Shown here in pieces: positions 17,525-27,400 of a stretch of 64,000 bases of DNA. Both the position numbers and the translations under genes were made by a program. Each line of letters begins with the position of its first letter. Position 1 is the first letter of the stretch. Source of the DNA: a virus (Duplodnaviria; Caudoviricetes); IMG/VR virus record IMGVR_UViG_3300044266_000210, positions 32,001 to 96,000 of that record. The stretch is one strand, 5' to 3'. Below the pieces are notes generated by a model, which saw nothing but the letters and a program-made list of their open reading frames with translations, was not told the origin of the DNA and ran no database searches.

Positions 17525-20197
17525 TTATTCAAAATCAAATAGACTTCCAAATGTATTCGTTTCAGTGGTACTATTTAGGTCCCACTCAAGTACCCCGATT
17601 AGGTTTTCAATTTTGTTATTGATAATAACACTTTCCATTTCTGCATGATCAAATGGTAATTCCTGAAACCATTTAGGCAAACGAAGTTCATCAACTGGAT
17701 AGGCTACCGATGTATATCCAAGCGGGTTAGATTTAAGTTTACAAACAATGACTTTCATACCGTCTACAATTTGCTGACTATATTTGTCGCTGTTCATTCT
17801 TTTAAGTGTATTCCAATTAATGCTTGCTCGAACATGACCTGGCATATTTGCCTTACCCTGTTTCTTTTCTTTTGCTTCGTACTCTGTTATGTTGTTTGCT
17901 CGTTTGGGAGAACCTTTCTCCCAACCAGGTCGTGCTTTGAACTCTGTCCTAAATTCCATAATTCTATCTAGTACTTCTCTTTCGTTACTACCATTAAGTA
18001 CTTTGGTTAGAATTTCTTCTAAGAACTTTTGCATAAATTCCGGAGTATCACTACGCTTAAGGTCTAGACCCATGGCCTTGATCTTACCTGGCTTGCCTTC
18101 TACATCTTGACGCTTGCCTTCTTTATCGTAATACAGAACAGCATAACGCTTCTTGGTAATGAACAGGCCTTTGATAGCAACAATTTCTCGACCTGCTTTA
18201 ATAACTTCGCCACGACTCTTAGGACAGTGGAATCCATCAAGCATAAACTGTGGAAAGGTACCGTTAACTTCTGCGGCAATAGAATCATATAGTTGAATTA
18301 CTGTATCTTTATCCCACGGAATTTCTTTTTTAGCAATTTCGTTCTTAAGACTAGTATACGCACTAAAATAGGCAGAGTCTGTATCTCCATAGATAATTGC
18401 TTTGCCTACATGATCATATTCACCGGTTACAACTTCATTTATTTTTGCGGCCATATGGCGAGCAATTTGTCGTCCGGTAAGAGTTGTGGATTGGCCAATA
18501 CGATCATCAAAGAACCTGCAACCAACGTTAAGAATAGCACCGTATAGGCTATTGAGGTTAATCTTTTTAACCAACTGTCTTTTATCCCAATATTCTTCTT
18601 CAATTTTATTCTCCGCCTTAATGGCATCTTTTAGTTTAGCCTGCATTTCCTTGCGTTCTGCATACCAGCGTTTCAACAGACCCGGGATAACGCCTTCGTG
18701 TTCGTGTGTAAAAATTGTGCCGTTGGCGCTGAGCATCCACGGCTTACCACTGTTAAAAATTAATTCATAGATTTGAGCACCGCTAGCAACATCTGTAGTA
18801 CCATCCTCCCAATCGATAATAATATCATTAGTACGGTCTTGGTTCATTACAAACTCATATTCGTTGGTAGCAAACTTACCTTCCCATGAACCAGCAAAGC
18901 TCAATCCTTTGGCTGTGGTCTTTTCTTCGATTTCAGCCTTGGTGTAATCTGGGCGTAGCTGACCCACGATTGTTTCTGGACCCATGTTGAGCGCACGAAT
19001 AACTGAAGGATACAGACTGTTAATGTCCATAGATCCGATCCAATCATGTAAGCCTTTCTTAGGATAGGCAACATAAGCGCCTGCGGCCTGACTATTTACG
19101 GTATCATCTCTACGAGGTCGACTAGGAACAATCATTCCTCTATGATGTGCTTCATTTACAATAGCCTGCTCTGTAACTGCTACAGCACCCATAGTGGTTT
19201 GTAGCAACACTGTGTTTTCGTGTGCAATTGTATTGGCTAGATCGATGAATTTTAGTTTTTTATCAAGTTTATCTAATAGCGCACAGTCTTGTCTGTTGTA
19301 TTCGATAAATTTACGGAAGTCGTTGTTGTAAAGCTGATCAAGTGTACCTTCGTAGACTGTTTTACTTTCTCCTACTTCCATTTCTCCAATGGCATCGAGC
19401 CTGTAGGAATGGCGTTCTTCATAAGTGTATTTGCGGTACAGCTCGAGACTGTCCAAATGAACGCGACCAACCAAGTCATAAGTAACAGCCGTTTTTCCAT
19501 ATTTTTCGTACTCTCGTTTTTTAGGGAATTGATTCCACAGACAGAATCTGCGTGTGTCCTCTTTGCTAAGAACTTTAGTAACTCTATTTACCGTGTATGG
19601 AATATCAAAGCCTTCGCTGTTCCAACCACTGAGTACATCTGCTTCACTAATAAGTTCTAAGAACATATCTAACATTTCATACTCTGTTTCAAACAGATAT
19701 GTGTTAGGAAAATCTTTAACCTGTATCTTTGCTTGTTCTAATGTAAGAGTCTTTGGTGGTACTGCAAGACAAACAAGTGTATCCATCCACTGTAGGTGAA
19801 CAGCAATCGCAGTAATTGGCATAAACGCATCGTCGGGACTTGCGTAACCTCGTTCTGGATCAAAGTCCACCTCAATATCGAAAAATGCTACATTTAGTTT
19901 TGGTGCTTCTCGACCTAGGTAATTTTCTTCTAGACATCGGAATACCGGATTTATATCGCTTTCGAAGAGTTTATAGCTAGAGTGTACCTTTTGCTCTTTA
20001 ATAAATTCTTTGAATGTTTTTGTAGTAACCCTTGATAGGCTATCGCCATAAATTGATTTGTACTTACCCCGTTGATCAGGATAGTAAAATAGATAACGAG
20101 CAGGATATGTCTGATACACTCTGCCCTGTTTAGGATCTCGTTCAACGACATGGATAATGTCCTTTTCGCGATCCCAAATCGCGTCAGTATAACTCAT
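17525..20197 (-). CDS. Family B DNA polymerase
   Basis: ExoI FDIE, ExoII NSEGFDIPY, ExoIII YNRQD, DINSLYPS, KINLNSLYG, YGDTDS, KKRY; C-terminal clamp-binding-like SLFDF. Confidence 0.97.
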   Translation of the reverse strand: MSYTDAIWDREKDIIHVVERDPKQGRVYQTYPARYLFYYPDQRGKYKSIYGDSLSRVTTKTFKEFIKEQKVHSSYKLFESDINPVFRCLEENYLGREAPKLNVAFFDIEVDFDPERGYASPDDAFMPITAIAVHLQWMDTLVCLAVPPKTLTLEQAKIQVKDFPNTYLFETEYEMLDMFLELISEADVLSGWNSEGFDIPYTVNRVTKVLSKEDTRRFCLWNQFPKKREYEKYGKTAVTYDLVGRVHLDSLELYRKYTYEERHSYRLDAIGEMEVGESKTVYEGTLDQLYNNDFRKFIEYNRQDCALLDKLDKKLKFIDLANTIAHENTVLLQTTMGAVAVTEQAIVNEAHHRGMIVPSRPRRDDTVNSQAAGAYVAYPKKGLHDWIGSMDINSLYPSVIRALNMGPETIVGQLRPDYTKAEIEEKTTAKGLSFAGSWEGKFATNEYEFVMNQDRTNDIIIDWEDGTTDVASGAQIYELIFNSGKPWMLSANGTIFTHEHEGVIPGLLKRWYAERKEMQAKLKDAIKAENKIEEEYWDKRQLVKKINLNSLYGAILNVGCRFFDDRIGQSTTLTGRQIARHMAAKINEVVTGEYDHVGKAIIYGDTDSAYFSAYTSLKNEIAKKEIPWDKDTVIQLYDSIAAEVNGTFPQFMLDGFHCPKSRGEVIKAGREIVAIKGLFITKKRYAVLYYDKEGKRQDVEGKPGKIKAMGLDLKRSDTPEFMQKFLEEILTKVLNGSNEREVLDRIMEFRTEFKARPGWEKGSPKRANNITEYEAKEKKQGKANMPGHVRASINWNTLKRMNSDKYSQQIVDGMKVIVCKLKSNPLGYTSVAYPVDELRLPKWFQELPFDHAEMESVIINNKIENLIGVLEWDLNSTTETNTFGSLFDFE

Positions 20198-20209
20198 TAA
20201 TTTCTCCTA

Positions 20210-20257
20210 TGTCATTTGCGGCTGACACATACCAAACTGATCATTTGTGGCTGATCA
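20210..20257 (-). promoter_or_regulatory. Tandem 8-nt-loop hairpins; candidate translational operator of the polymerase
   Basis: UGAUCA-GCCACAAA-UGAUCA and UGUCA-GCCGCAAA-UGACA, abutting AGGAGA; TAAATA at 20273-20278. Confidence 0.65.
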
Positions 20258-20281
20258 AACCTTTCATATGTTTATTTAATG

Positions 20282-20572
20282 TTAGTTAACTAACATTCTA
20301 ATTAAACCCACGGTGTCGATGGTGGTAAGTAGAATATAATTAGCGAGCATTCCGAAGGATCTACGAGTGAAAGCAGCCCAAGCATACATAGCACACCCAC
20401 TAATCCAAACAGGATACAATAACAAAAGCGGCGGATTAGGGACTGTGATTGCCATTGTGATCGAGCAGCCAATACTAACAGCCCAGGCAAGCAACTCGAC
20501 AACAAAGCGAAAAGGATGAGAGCGCCAATCATCTTTGATCCAGCCAAATATTCCTGTTAACAGGTCGTTCAT
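20282..20572 (-). CDS. Small multi-pass membrane protein
   Basis: About three hydrophobic segments. Confidence 0.7.
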   Translation of the reverse strand: MNDLLTGIFGWIKDDWRSHPFRFVVELLAWAVSIGCSITMAITVPNPPLLLLYPVWISGCAMYAWAAFTRRSFGMLANYILLTTIDTVGLIRMLVN

Positions 20573-20841
20573 ACATCTTCACGGCGATTGGCGTGTCCAC
20601 TAATATCAACGATAGTTTCAAGATCGTCAAACTCGCGGAACACTTGATCCCATTGATCTTTTTGTGCAATCTTAATTGCCTTGCGAATTACACTCGGTTT
20701 AACTTCTAGTTCCTCTGCTACAGCTTTGATAGTTTCGTTAAGACCTTCGGTTAAGTCTTGAATTTCTTGCATGACAGTCATTCCTTCTGCCACGATTTGT
20801 TTGATTTTTGCTTGTTCTGGCGCACCAAATGCTTTACCCAT
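20569..20841 (-). CDS. Small DNA-binding protein (T4 DsbA / GapR-like)
   Basis: Helical, IKAVAEELEVKPSVIRKAIK pattern; own promoter and AAGGAG. Confidence 0.55.
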   Translation of the reverse strand: MGKAFGAPEQAKIKQIVAEGMTVMQEIQDLTEGLNETIKAVAEELEVKPSVIRKAIKIAQKDQWDQVFREFDDLETIVDISGHANRREDV

Positions 20842-20861
20842 TATAATTCTCCTTGTGTGTT

Positions 20862-20890
20862 AGTATATAGCACTAGACTGGCAAGGTCAA
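20862..20890 (-). promoter_or_regulatory. Sigma70 promoter
   Basis: TTGACC-N17-TATACT. Confidence 0.75.
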
Positions 20891-20891
20891 A

Positions 20892-21386
20892 TTATTTTTT
20901 GTTCAGAAATGTTGCGGCAAATCTTTTACAGATGTCTTTAAGTTTACCAGTTTGTGTTTCTTCTAGGCTAAACTTTACCTTCTCGTTGTCCTGTGTTGGA
21001 TCTATATACCCACAATAGACTTTGCGACATTTTGAATTGTTTACCAAATCGGTACAACTTTCTCCATAGCGTTCGTCCATATCCTCGTTGCAAGGACTTA
21101 GTGTGGTAATAATAATACTACCCTGTGGTATTGGACCGTAGTGTTCTTCATAACGATCCATAGCAACTCTTTCTGCGTGGCGTCTAGTTCCGTCCCCGGC
21201 CGCCTCGTTTACACCGAAGACTTTGCGGTTTTTGGGGTCTAAGACACAGGCCGCAACCATTCCGTATTTTTCTGAATCAATATTCTGACCCTTTATTACA
21301 TGGTAGCAGAGTTCAGCCAGAATCTTGTCCAGCTTAGGACGATTGTGAATTTCATAATCACTTTCATCAAACTCTCTTAGTCTCAT
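20892..21386 (-). CDS. Zn-dependent cytidine-deaminase-fold protein (RibD-like spacing)
   Basis: HAE, TTLSPC-x11-C, VYCGYIDP. Confidence 0.8.
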   Translation of the reverse strand: MRLREFDESDYEIHNRPKLDKILAELCYHVIKGQNIDSEKYGMVAACVLDPKNRKVFGVNEAAGDGTRRHAERVAMDRYEEHYGPIPQGSIIITTLSPCNEDMDERYGESCTDLVNNSKCRKVYCGYIDPTQDNEKVKFSLEETQTGKLKDICKRFAATFLNKK

Positions 21387-23341
21387 TTTTTCTTGCTTGG
21401 TTCGTTGGCAGCATAATGTGCCGCTACAGCCATTTGTGCTTTCTTTTGTGGTGTTTTATTTTTAAACTGATGGTATTTGTTTGGATCGGCTTTTTGAAAA
21501 TCCTGTACCCATACATCTACATCAGCTTGTGGATTTAATTTTTCTGATACTTGTTGTGCCACACTTAGTACATAAGCATCTTCGTGGCAGTTCCATTTAC
21601 GCAGAGCCAATGCCTTGCGTGTAGGTTTGCCGTTAGGCTTCTTCATTGGACCCTTTACACCTGACATACGAGCACAGAAAGATTTGCGGCGTTTAGCGGC
21701 CTTACTACCTTTCTTTAACTTGCTAGGCTTGGTAGTAACTGCTGTTTGTAGTTTGCTACCAGGATGACTACGACGATAACTAGCTACACCCTTCTTATTC
21801 AACCCGCCTGATTTGCTCTTGCCTTTACTTGTTTGCCATGCTTCGGCTTCTGCTAGTAATTCTTGATCGTCGATATTTTCAACATCTTCCCAGACTTGAT
21901 CAACATCTACACCGTTCTGAGCGGCAATGTCTTCAATCATAGATTCGATAATATCAAATTTCTGATTAAGTTCGGCATCTTCGCTTAGACCTTTTTTCTT
22001 CTTAGCGATAGCAATAGCGGCCTGTTGTGCAGGATTAGCTGCCTCGGTAGCTTCAATGTCTTCTTTAGGCACACAGTTATTAACTCTAACACCGCCCTTC
22101 ATTTTAGTACCCTGCTTTTTATAGCCTTTCCAGCAACTAGGATCTAGTCGTTGTTTTTCTTCGTTAAGTACTGTTTCTAAATGGCTCATGAATTCATCTT
22201 CCATGACTCCGCGGCCGTGATGTGTTCCTGAGTATGTATCGTAGGATCCTTTACCCCAACCACCTACTGTACTATGATCTTCGCTGACCTGTTTGATTGC
22301 TTGGATAGCTGGTTTAACTTGATCTTGTTTTAATTTAACAGGAAATTCTTTTCCTGCATAATTAAAACTATCTTCGCCTCTACTGGCCGCTACAGCGTGA
22401 GCCTTAGCAAATTGTTCTGCCTTATCTTGACCGCCAAGTTTTCTAGCGGCTAAATCCCATAGCTTGTCTACTGCCCACATACCACCTTTAGCACTATTAT
22501 AAGCACCGTAGGCTGCAAGAGCAGTTCCGATAACAGGACCCAACAGCCCGACAATAGCAGGAGCACCGGCAGCACCAAGTGCGCCTAATGCCAGACCGCC
22601 TGCTGCTTTTGCTAGGAAAGGTGCATCTTCGTCGACTTCTTCTGCACGAGCAATTGTTTGCTTTAGACTATGAATACGACTTTGAATATCTTTTTGTTGA
22701 CGCCAGAAGCTATGATCATCACTGTATTCAAAGTTAGGATCAAACTGTCCCTGTAATTTTTCTAATTCAGCCTTCATCTGTGGAAGGTTTGCTTTATCAC
22801 GAGCTAGACTATCTGCACGGTTTTTTTCGTCCGATGCTGCCCTTATTTTATCATATCGTGCCTGTGCGCGACCGATCCCTGCATCTCTTCTACGAGCAAT
22901 ATCTAGTTCTTTTTCTCGACTTGCTGGATCATTGCCAAACGCCGCGCCCATTTTTGCCAGAGCTGATGCCATTTTAGCCTTGCGCTGATAATCCCCTAGA
23001 CTAACTTCATCTAGTTTTGCTTTTAATACTTCAATGCGTGTTGCAATATCTTCCATGTAAGGTTTCTTGTGTTTTTCCTTACCTTGTTTTTGTTCTTTTT
23101 TCTTGTCTCGATGGGCGCCTGCACCTGTCTGAGTTTTTAACGCACCTTGTCTAGGCTTTTGTTTAACTGGAACAGTAACACTATCGCCTTCTTGTGTAAT
23201 TAGCCCGCCTCGTTTAATAACATTGCCCATAGGCTTTGATATGCTAGCTACAGCACCTGCACTAGTACCGCCGCCTGTTGCACTTTCCAAAGTATAGACA
23301 GTGGCATCTTTATATTGTTTTACTTTAAATTCGTGTTTCAT
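21383..23341 (-). CDS. Modular probable internal head polyprotein (includes a DUF6321-like module)
   Basis: Short modules separated by hydrophobic-x-E sites; modules CWKGYK...NNCVP and AWQ...GGLN...RRKSFCARM...WNC. Confidence 0.65.
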   Translation of the reverse strand: MKHEFKVKQYKDATVYTLESATGGGTSAGAVASISKPMGNVIKRGGLITQEGDSVTVPVKQKPRQGALKTQTGAGAHRDKKKEQKQGKEKHKKPYMEDIATRIEVLKAKLDEVSLGDYQRKAKMASALAKMGAAFGNDPASREKELDIARRRDAGIGRAQARYDKIRAASDEKNRADSLARDKANLPQMKAELEKLQGQFDPNFEYSDDHSFWRQQKDIQSRIHSLKQTIARAEEVDEDAPFLAKAAGGLALGALGAAGAPAIVGLLGPVIGTALAAYGAYNSAKGGMWAVDKLWDLAARKLGGQDKAEQFAKAHAVAASRGEDSFNYAGKEFPVKLKQDQVKPAIQAIKQVSEDHSTVGGWGKGSYDTYSGTHHGRGVMEDEFMSHLETVLNEEKQRLDPSCWKGYKKQGTKMKGGVRVNNCVPKEDIEATEAANPAQQAAIAIAKKKKGLSEDAELNQKFDIIESMIEDIAAQNGVDVDQVWEDVENIDDQELLAEAEAWQTSKGKSKSGGLNKKGVASYRRSHPGSKLQTAVTTKPSKLKKGSKAAKRRKSFCARMSGVKGPMKKPNGKPTRKALALRKWNCHEDAYVLSVAQQVSEKLNPQADVDVWVQDFQKADPNKYHQFKNKTPQKKAQMAVAAHYAANEPSKKK

Positions 23342-23706
23342 TTTTTACTCATCCAATTACTGGTAGGGCTTACCTTGTGTGTATCTTCGGGTTCTGCACT
23401 TTTAGACCATGGAGTTACCTGTTTGCTGTCTGTAGGAACAGTTGCTTCGGCCTGGCGGAACATATTATATTCTTCTTCTGTGTAGGGATGCTGTGTGTTA
23501 TACTTTTCTACCCAACTTGCTTCATCCATATCAACTGGTTTTTTACTCTTACCGTCGGCCATAGCAGTGGCCATCCATAAACGATTCATGTGATAAGTTC
23601 TATCGTAGCCACCATCGTCACGAGAAACATAAACACCTTGCTGTACCGCGGCATGGCGCTTCTTCATTTTTCCCTTTCGCTCTACAATAAAATCTCTTGC
23701 TCTCAT
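23338..23706 (-). CDS. Hypothetical, probable internal head protein
   Basis: N-terminus MRARDFIVE resembles a capsid-targeting sequence. Confidence 0.6.
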   Translation of the reverse strand: MRARDFIVERKGKMKKRHAAVQQGVYVSRDDGGYDRTYHMNRLWMATAMADGKSKKPVDMDEASWVEKYNTQHPYTEEEYNMFRQAEATVPTDSKQVTPWSKSAEPEDTHKVSPTSNWMSKK

Positions 23707-24149
23707 TGCGGGCCGCCCTTGCTACTTGCTCGTAACATCCATCCGTGCTTTTCGTGTGCGTCCATACGCTCTGCCAGGAAGTTGCTGAATCCGTGCTTGC
23801 CTTCTGCTTCGGCAGCATCGTATGTTTTCTTTAGGATCATGATCATCCGTTCATTGTCAATTAATAATTCTCGTACCATCGCTTCTAGAGGAATGATTTC
23901 AGTTTCATCTTTAACTTGAGTAAGCATACTGAAGCGAGCTAGGCTTGCTGGAGTGTAGGTCTTTAATTTGCGAATATTTTCGGCAAAATCGTCAACAACT
24001 CCATACACTTCGTCGTAAATCTTTTCAAAAAGTGCGTGATATTCAAAGAAATCGCTTCCTTCGACGTTCCAATGAAAGTTCTGCGCCTTTAGTGCAAAAC
24101 TATAGGTGCTTGCAAATGCTATTTTGGCTAACTGTTGTAACTGATCCAT
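23703..24149 (-). CDS. dps: Dps / ferritin-like protein
   Basis: HWNVEG, HALFEKIY, DDFAENIR, EKHGWML. Confidence 0.92.
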   Translation of the reverse strand: MDQLQQLAKIAFASTYSFALKAQNFHWNVEGSDFFEYHALFEKIYDEVYGVVDDFAENIRKLKTYTPASLARFSMLTQVKDETEIIPLEAMVRELLIDNERMIMILKKTYDAAEAEGKHGFSNFLAERMDAHEKHGWMLRASSKGGPQ

Positions 24150-24155
24150 GATATG

Positions 24156-24419
24156 TTATTTATTATTTTTTCCAAACCAAAGTTTAAACCACTCTTCGGT
24201 TCCAGGACGTATTCCCTGTTCACGCTGTATTTGTCCTTTATTACTACCTACTACAGCAGGTTTTAACAGACTATTATATTGGGCCAGTGCCTCCATTGAT
24301 CCTAGTCCGCCCATCATGCTTGCAGGCATTAGGTTGTGTATAGGATCATCGGGTGCTAGATAGCAATCGTTATCCTCTTTAGGATTAAGATCTGCGCTGG
24401 TTATTTTGTATTGCTTCAT
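24156..24419 (-). CDS. Hypothetical protein
   Basis: 87 aa ending PGTEEWFKLWF. Confidence 0.65.
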   Translation of the reverse strand: MKQYKITSADLNPKEDNDCYLAPDDPIHNLMPASMMGGLGSMEALAQYNSLLKPAVVGSNKGQIQREQGIRPGTEEWFKLWFGKNNK

Positions 24420-27400
24420 TCATTATAATCTTATCAATAAGAGAGGCAAAAATACGATCTAGATCTTCGTTAACACTTTCAGCAGCCCCGCCTACTAAGT
24501 CGCCTGCTCTTGCTGGGCGATTCTTACTTGGTCCAGTATTTTTCCACTGCCCTGCTGGTCCTAATTTGTTTCTGTCACTGCCAGCAAACGTACTCTTAGG
24601 CAACATAGCTTCATTCTTCTTAGCAATGTCTCTACCTTTTAGATGTTCTTCGCGGCGTTTATCGCCAGCGGCACGTAGTTTAGCTGTAGCACCATCCTTG
24701 GGATCTGTTAAGCGTTTAGCTGTTTGTGCCATTGCTTTACTTTCACCTTCCGCCACACCTTCGTTCTTTGGCATTAGGTGATAGTTTTTTCGTGCTTCGA
24801 TATCAACTAAGTCAGCATTTAGTTGACCCATTGTTAGTCCGTGTGGTCCGCGTCTTAAATCATCCATAACATCTGGATGTGCGTTTAACCACTTACGCAT
24901 ATCAGGAGTCATCTTACCAGCACGAATAGCATCAGCATAACTTGTTAGGAACTTGATGTATTCTTGTCTGTCAATCTCATTTCCTGCGGCACCGCCGCGG
25001 GCGCCTGCAACTGCTGGATAATAAGGACTTCCAGGATGGAATGGGTTACTTGCTACTTCAGAACCGTGACCACTTACACTTCCACCCTTACCGCCACTAC
25101 TTCCACCTTTACCACCACTAGCGTGTCCACCGCCTGAGCTAGCATGTCCACCACTTCCACCGTGTCCACCACCGCCTCCGCCACCTTTGGCCATAGCGTT
25201 GACACCTGTTGCTCCTAATGTGGCAGCACCCAGACCTTTTAAGAATCCTCTACGGTCTATACCTGCTTCCGCCACACCTTGCTCCACATCAACTATCTCA
25301 CCACGAGGAAAAGAATCTACAACTTTTTCTGCTGTAGTACGGGGCATGGGTTTTGTTTTGACCCATCTACCTGACTCCATTGTGTCCTGTTGCCAGTATT
25401 TAATCTGAACCAACTCTGCCAAGCCTTCCGCCACACCTTGCTGTTGTTTCTTCTCAGCATCCTTTTTAGCCTGTGCCATTACTTCTTCACCACGGCGACG
25501 ACTAGCATCACTCTTGGCACGCTCACGATCAAAGGCACGCTGTAGTTTAACGGCAGCACTCATTCGTGCTTCGTCTACGCTACTCTTTAAGTGACGGATA
25601 ACTGCACTTGCACTCTGCGTAACAGATGCCTGTGGATTCTTACGGCATACTTGTTGTATAACATTCATTAAGTACTCGTCACCGTATCGTGAGAATAGTT
25701 CAGGTTGCATCTCGTGTAAAAACTCTGCTACCTGTGCAGATTTATCTTCTTCGTATTCTTCCCAACCGTGATATTGCTTTTCATCTGTTTCGTTGATGTG
25801 TGTGCAGTTGCAAGGAGTTTGTCCACATACTGTACACATATCTTTGCCGCTTCTAATAAGAGCATTAAACAATCTTGTTTCAGATAGCGGTGCAGGTTGT
25901 GGTTCAACCTTAGGTGCCGGTTGTTTTGTAGGTTGTTGTGTGATGCCCATACCTTTTCTCGCAATATCCATTAAGTGTTTGATCCATGCCGGATCTAATT
26001 TTTGTGCTCCGTAGTTTCCGCTGTTGTATGCCGTATTCCACATAGCAAATTGTTGTTCGGGTGTCTTGTTAGGATCCTTTAAGACATTTCTTAGCTGTGT
26101 TCCGCTTACTCCAGTACCACCTTCTTCTGCGCCACGGCCGGTCACATTTGGTTCCACCTTGACATGTTCATAGCCGGCAAACTTGTTAACTGCCTTCATT
26201 AAAGCCTTACTCATACTATCGGCCATACTAGCACGATCGGTCCCTACAGTAATGATAATGTTATCATAGCGAGGTGCCTTACCCGGTAAAGGATTGATCA
26301 GTTCGTGTTTAATTTTTTGTATAAGTGTACCACCTTCGTGTGATACGGTGCTAATATTATCTGCATACTGTGGATACAGTTTACGCCATGTTTCTACTTT
26401 GACTGCGGGAGGAATAGGATCGTCTTTGCCTTCAGCAGTACCAATAAACATATATGGATCACCACCTACCTGTTTGGCTTTTTGTACAGCATAGTTGAAT
26501 AGCTGTTGATGCCCTACATGTCCGATAGCACTACCTATAGCAACAACTGCGGTCTTATTTGAATTAGCTCTTGGTTGTTCTGCACGAGCAGCCGCACGAG
26601 CTGCATTTTTTTGTGCTATAAGATCTTTTTGTTTTTCACTAGTTACCTTAACAGGTCCTAGTCGTGTGTTGATAACAATACCTTCGTAGTCCTGTCCTAA
26701 CTTATCTTTGCCAATAATATTTGGATCTTCATCAATTGCTTTTTCTAGAGCAATCTGTACAGGCTTTAATTTAGCTTCTACCTCTCTGCGTAGCTCTAGA
26801 CTTGCACGATCACGCTTGCCTGCTGTGTCACTAACAATACGCTTTAGTTCTTCTAAGTTTTCTAACGGATTGATAATTTCTGTAACATCTAGTCCTTCTT
26901 CTTGAACCAGTCTATTACTCATAAACATCACGCTTCCGCTCTGACCTAGATTAGCTAGTTGCTGAGCAGCCTCGTCGGGTAAATCATTACCTGTGCTTGC
27001 TTCTACAATACGATATGGTACTAGTACTAGTTCTACACCTTGTGGCAGTTGATCATATTCGATTCCAACAAACTTTAGTTTGCCTTCCTCAGTTTGTGTG
27101 GCAAATGGTAAAAATAATACTTCACAGGTTACCTGTTTGTCTACTAGAAATTCTGGTCCTAACTTGCTGTCAACAACCTTGATAGCCTTCATCATTTCGC
27201 CAAATAGCTTATCAAAATTTGCGGCACGCCCTAGAATCTCAGGATCAGTTGTACCTTTTTGTTTGTGATAGTCTACAAAGCCTGCTGAATATTTTGGTTC
27301 AGTGCGGCTGGTACCCATAAAAGGTTTACCGTCGCTGTTCTTACCAAAGCGGCCACCAAATCCGTCGATCTTGACATTTAGAGGAATATTCTGTAGTTTG

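Noticed and set aside
38-20197. Introns or inteins in thyA or the polymerase
   Set aside because: Both have normal length and contiguous motifs; no homing endonuclease or intein signatures were seen.
24747-25439. 15-bp repeats as a CRISPR array
   Set aside because: The repeats are too short, the spacers are 144 and 504 nt and in frame within a CDS, and there are no cas genes.
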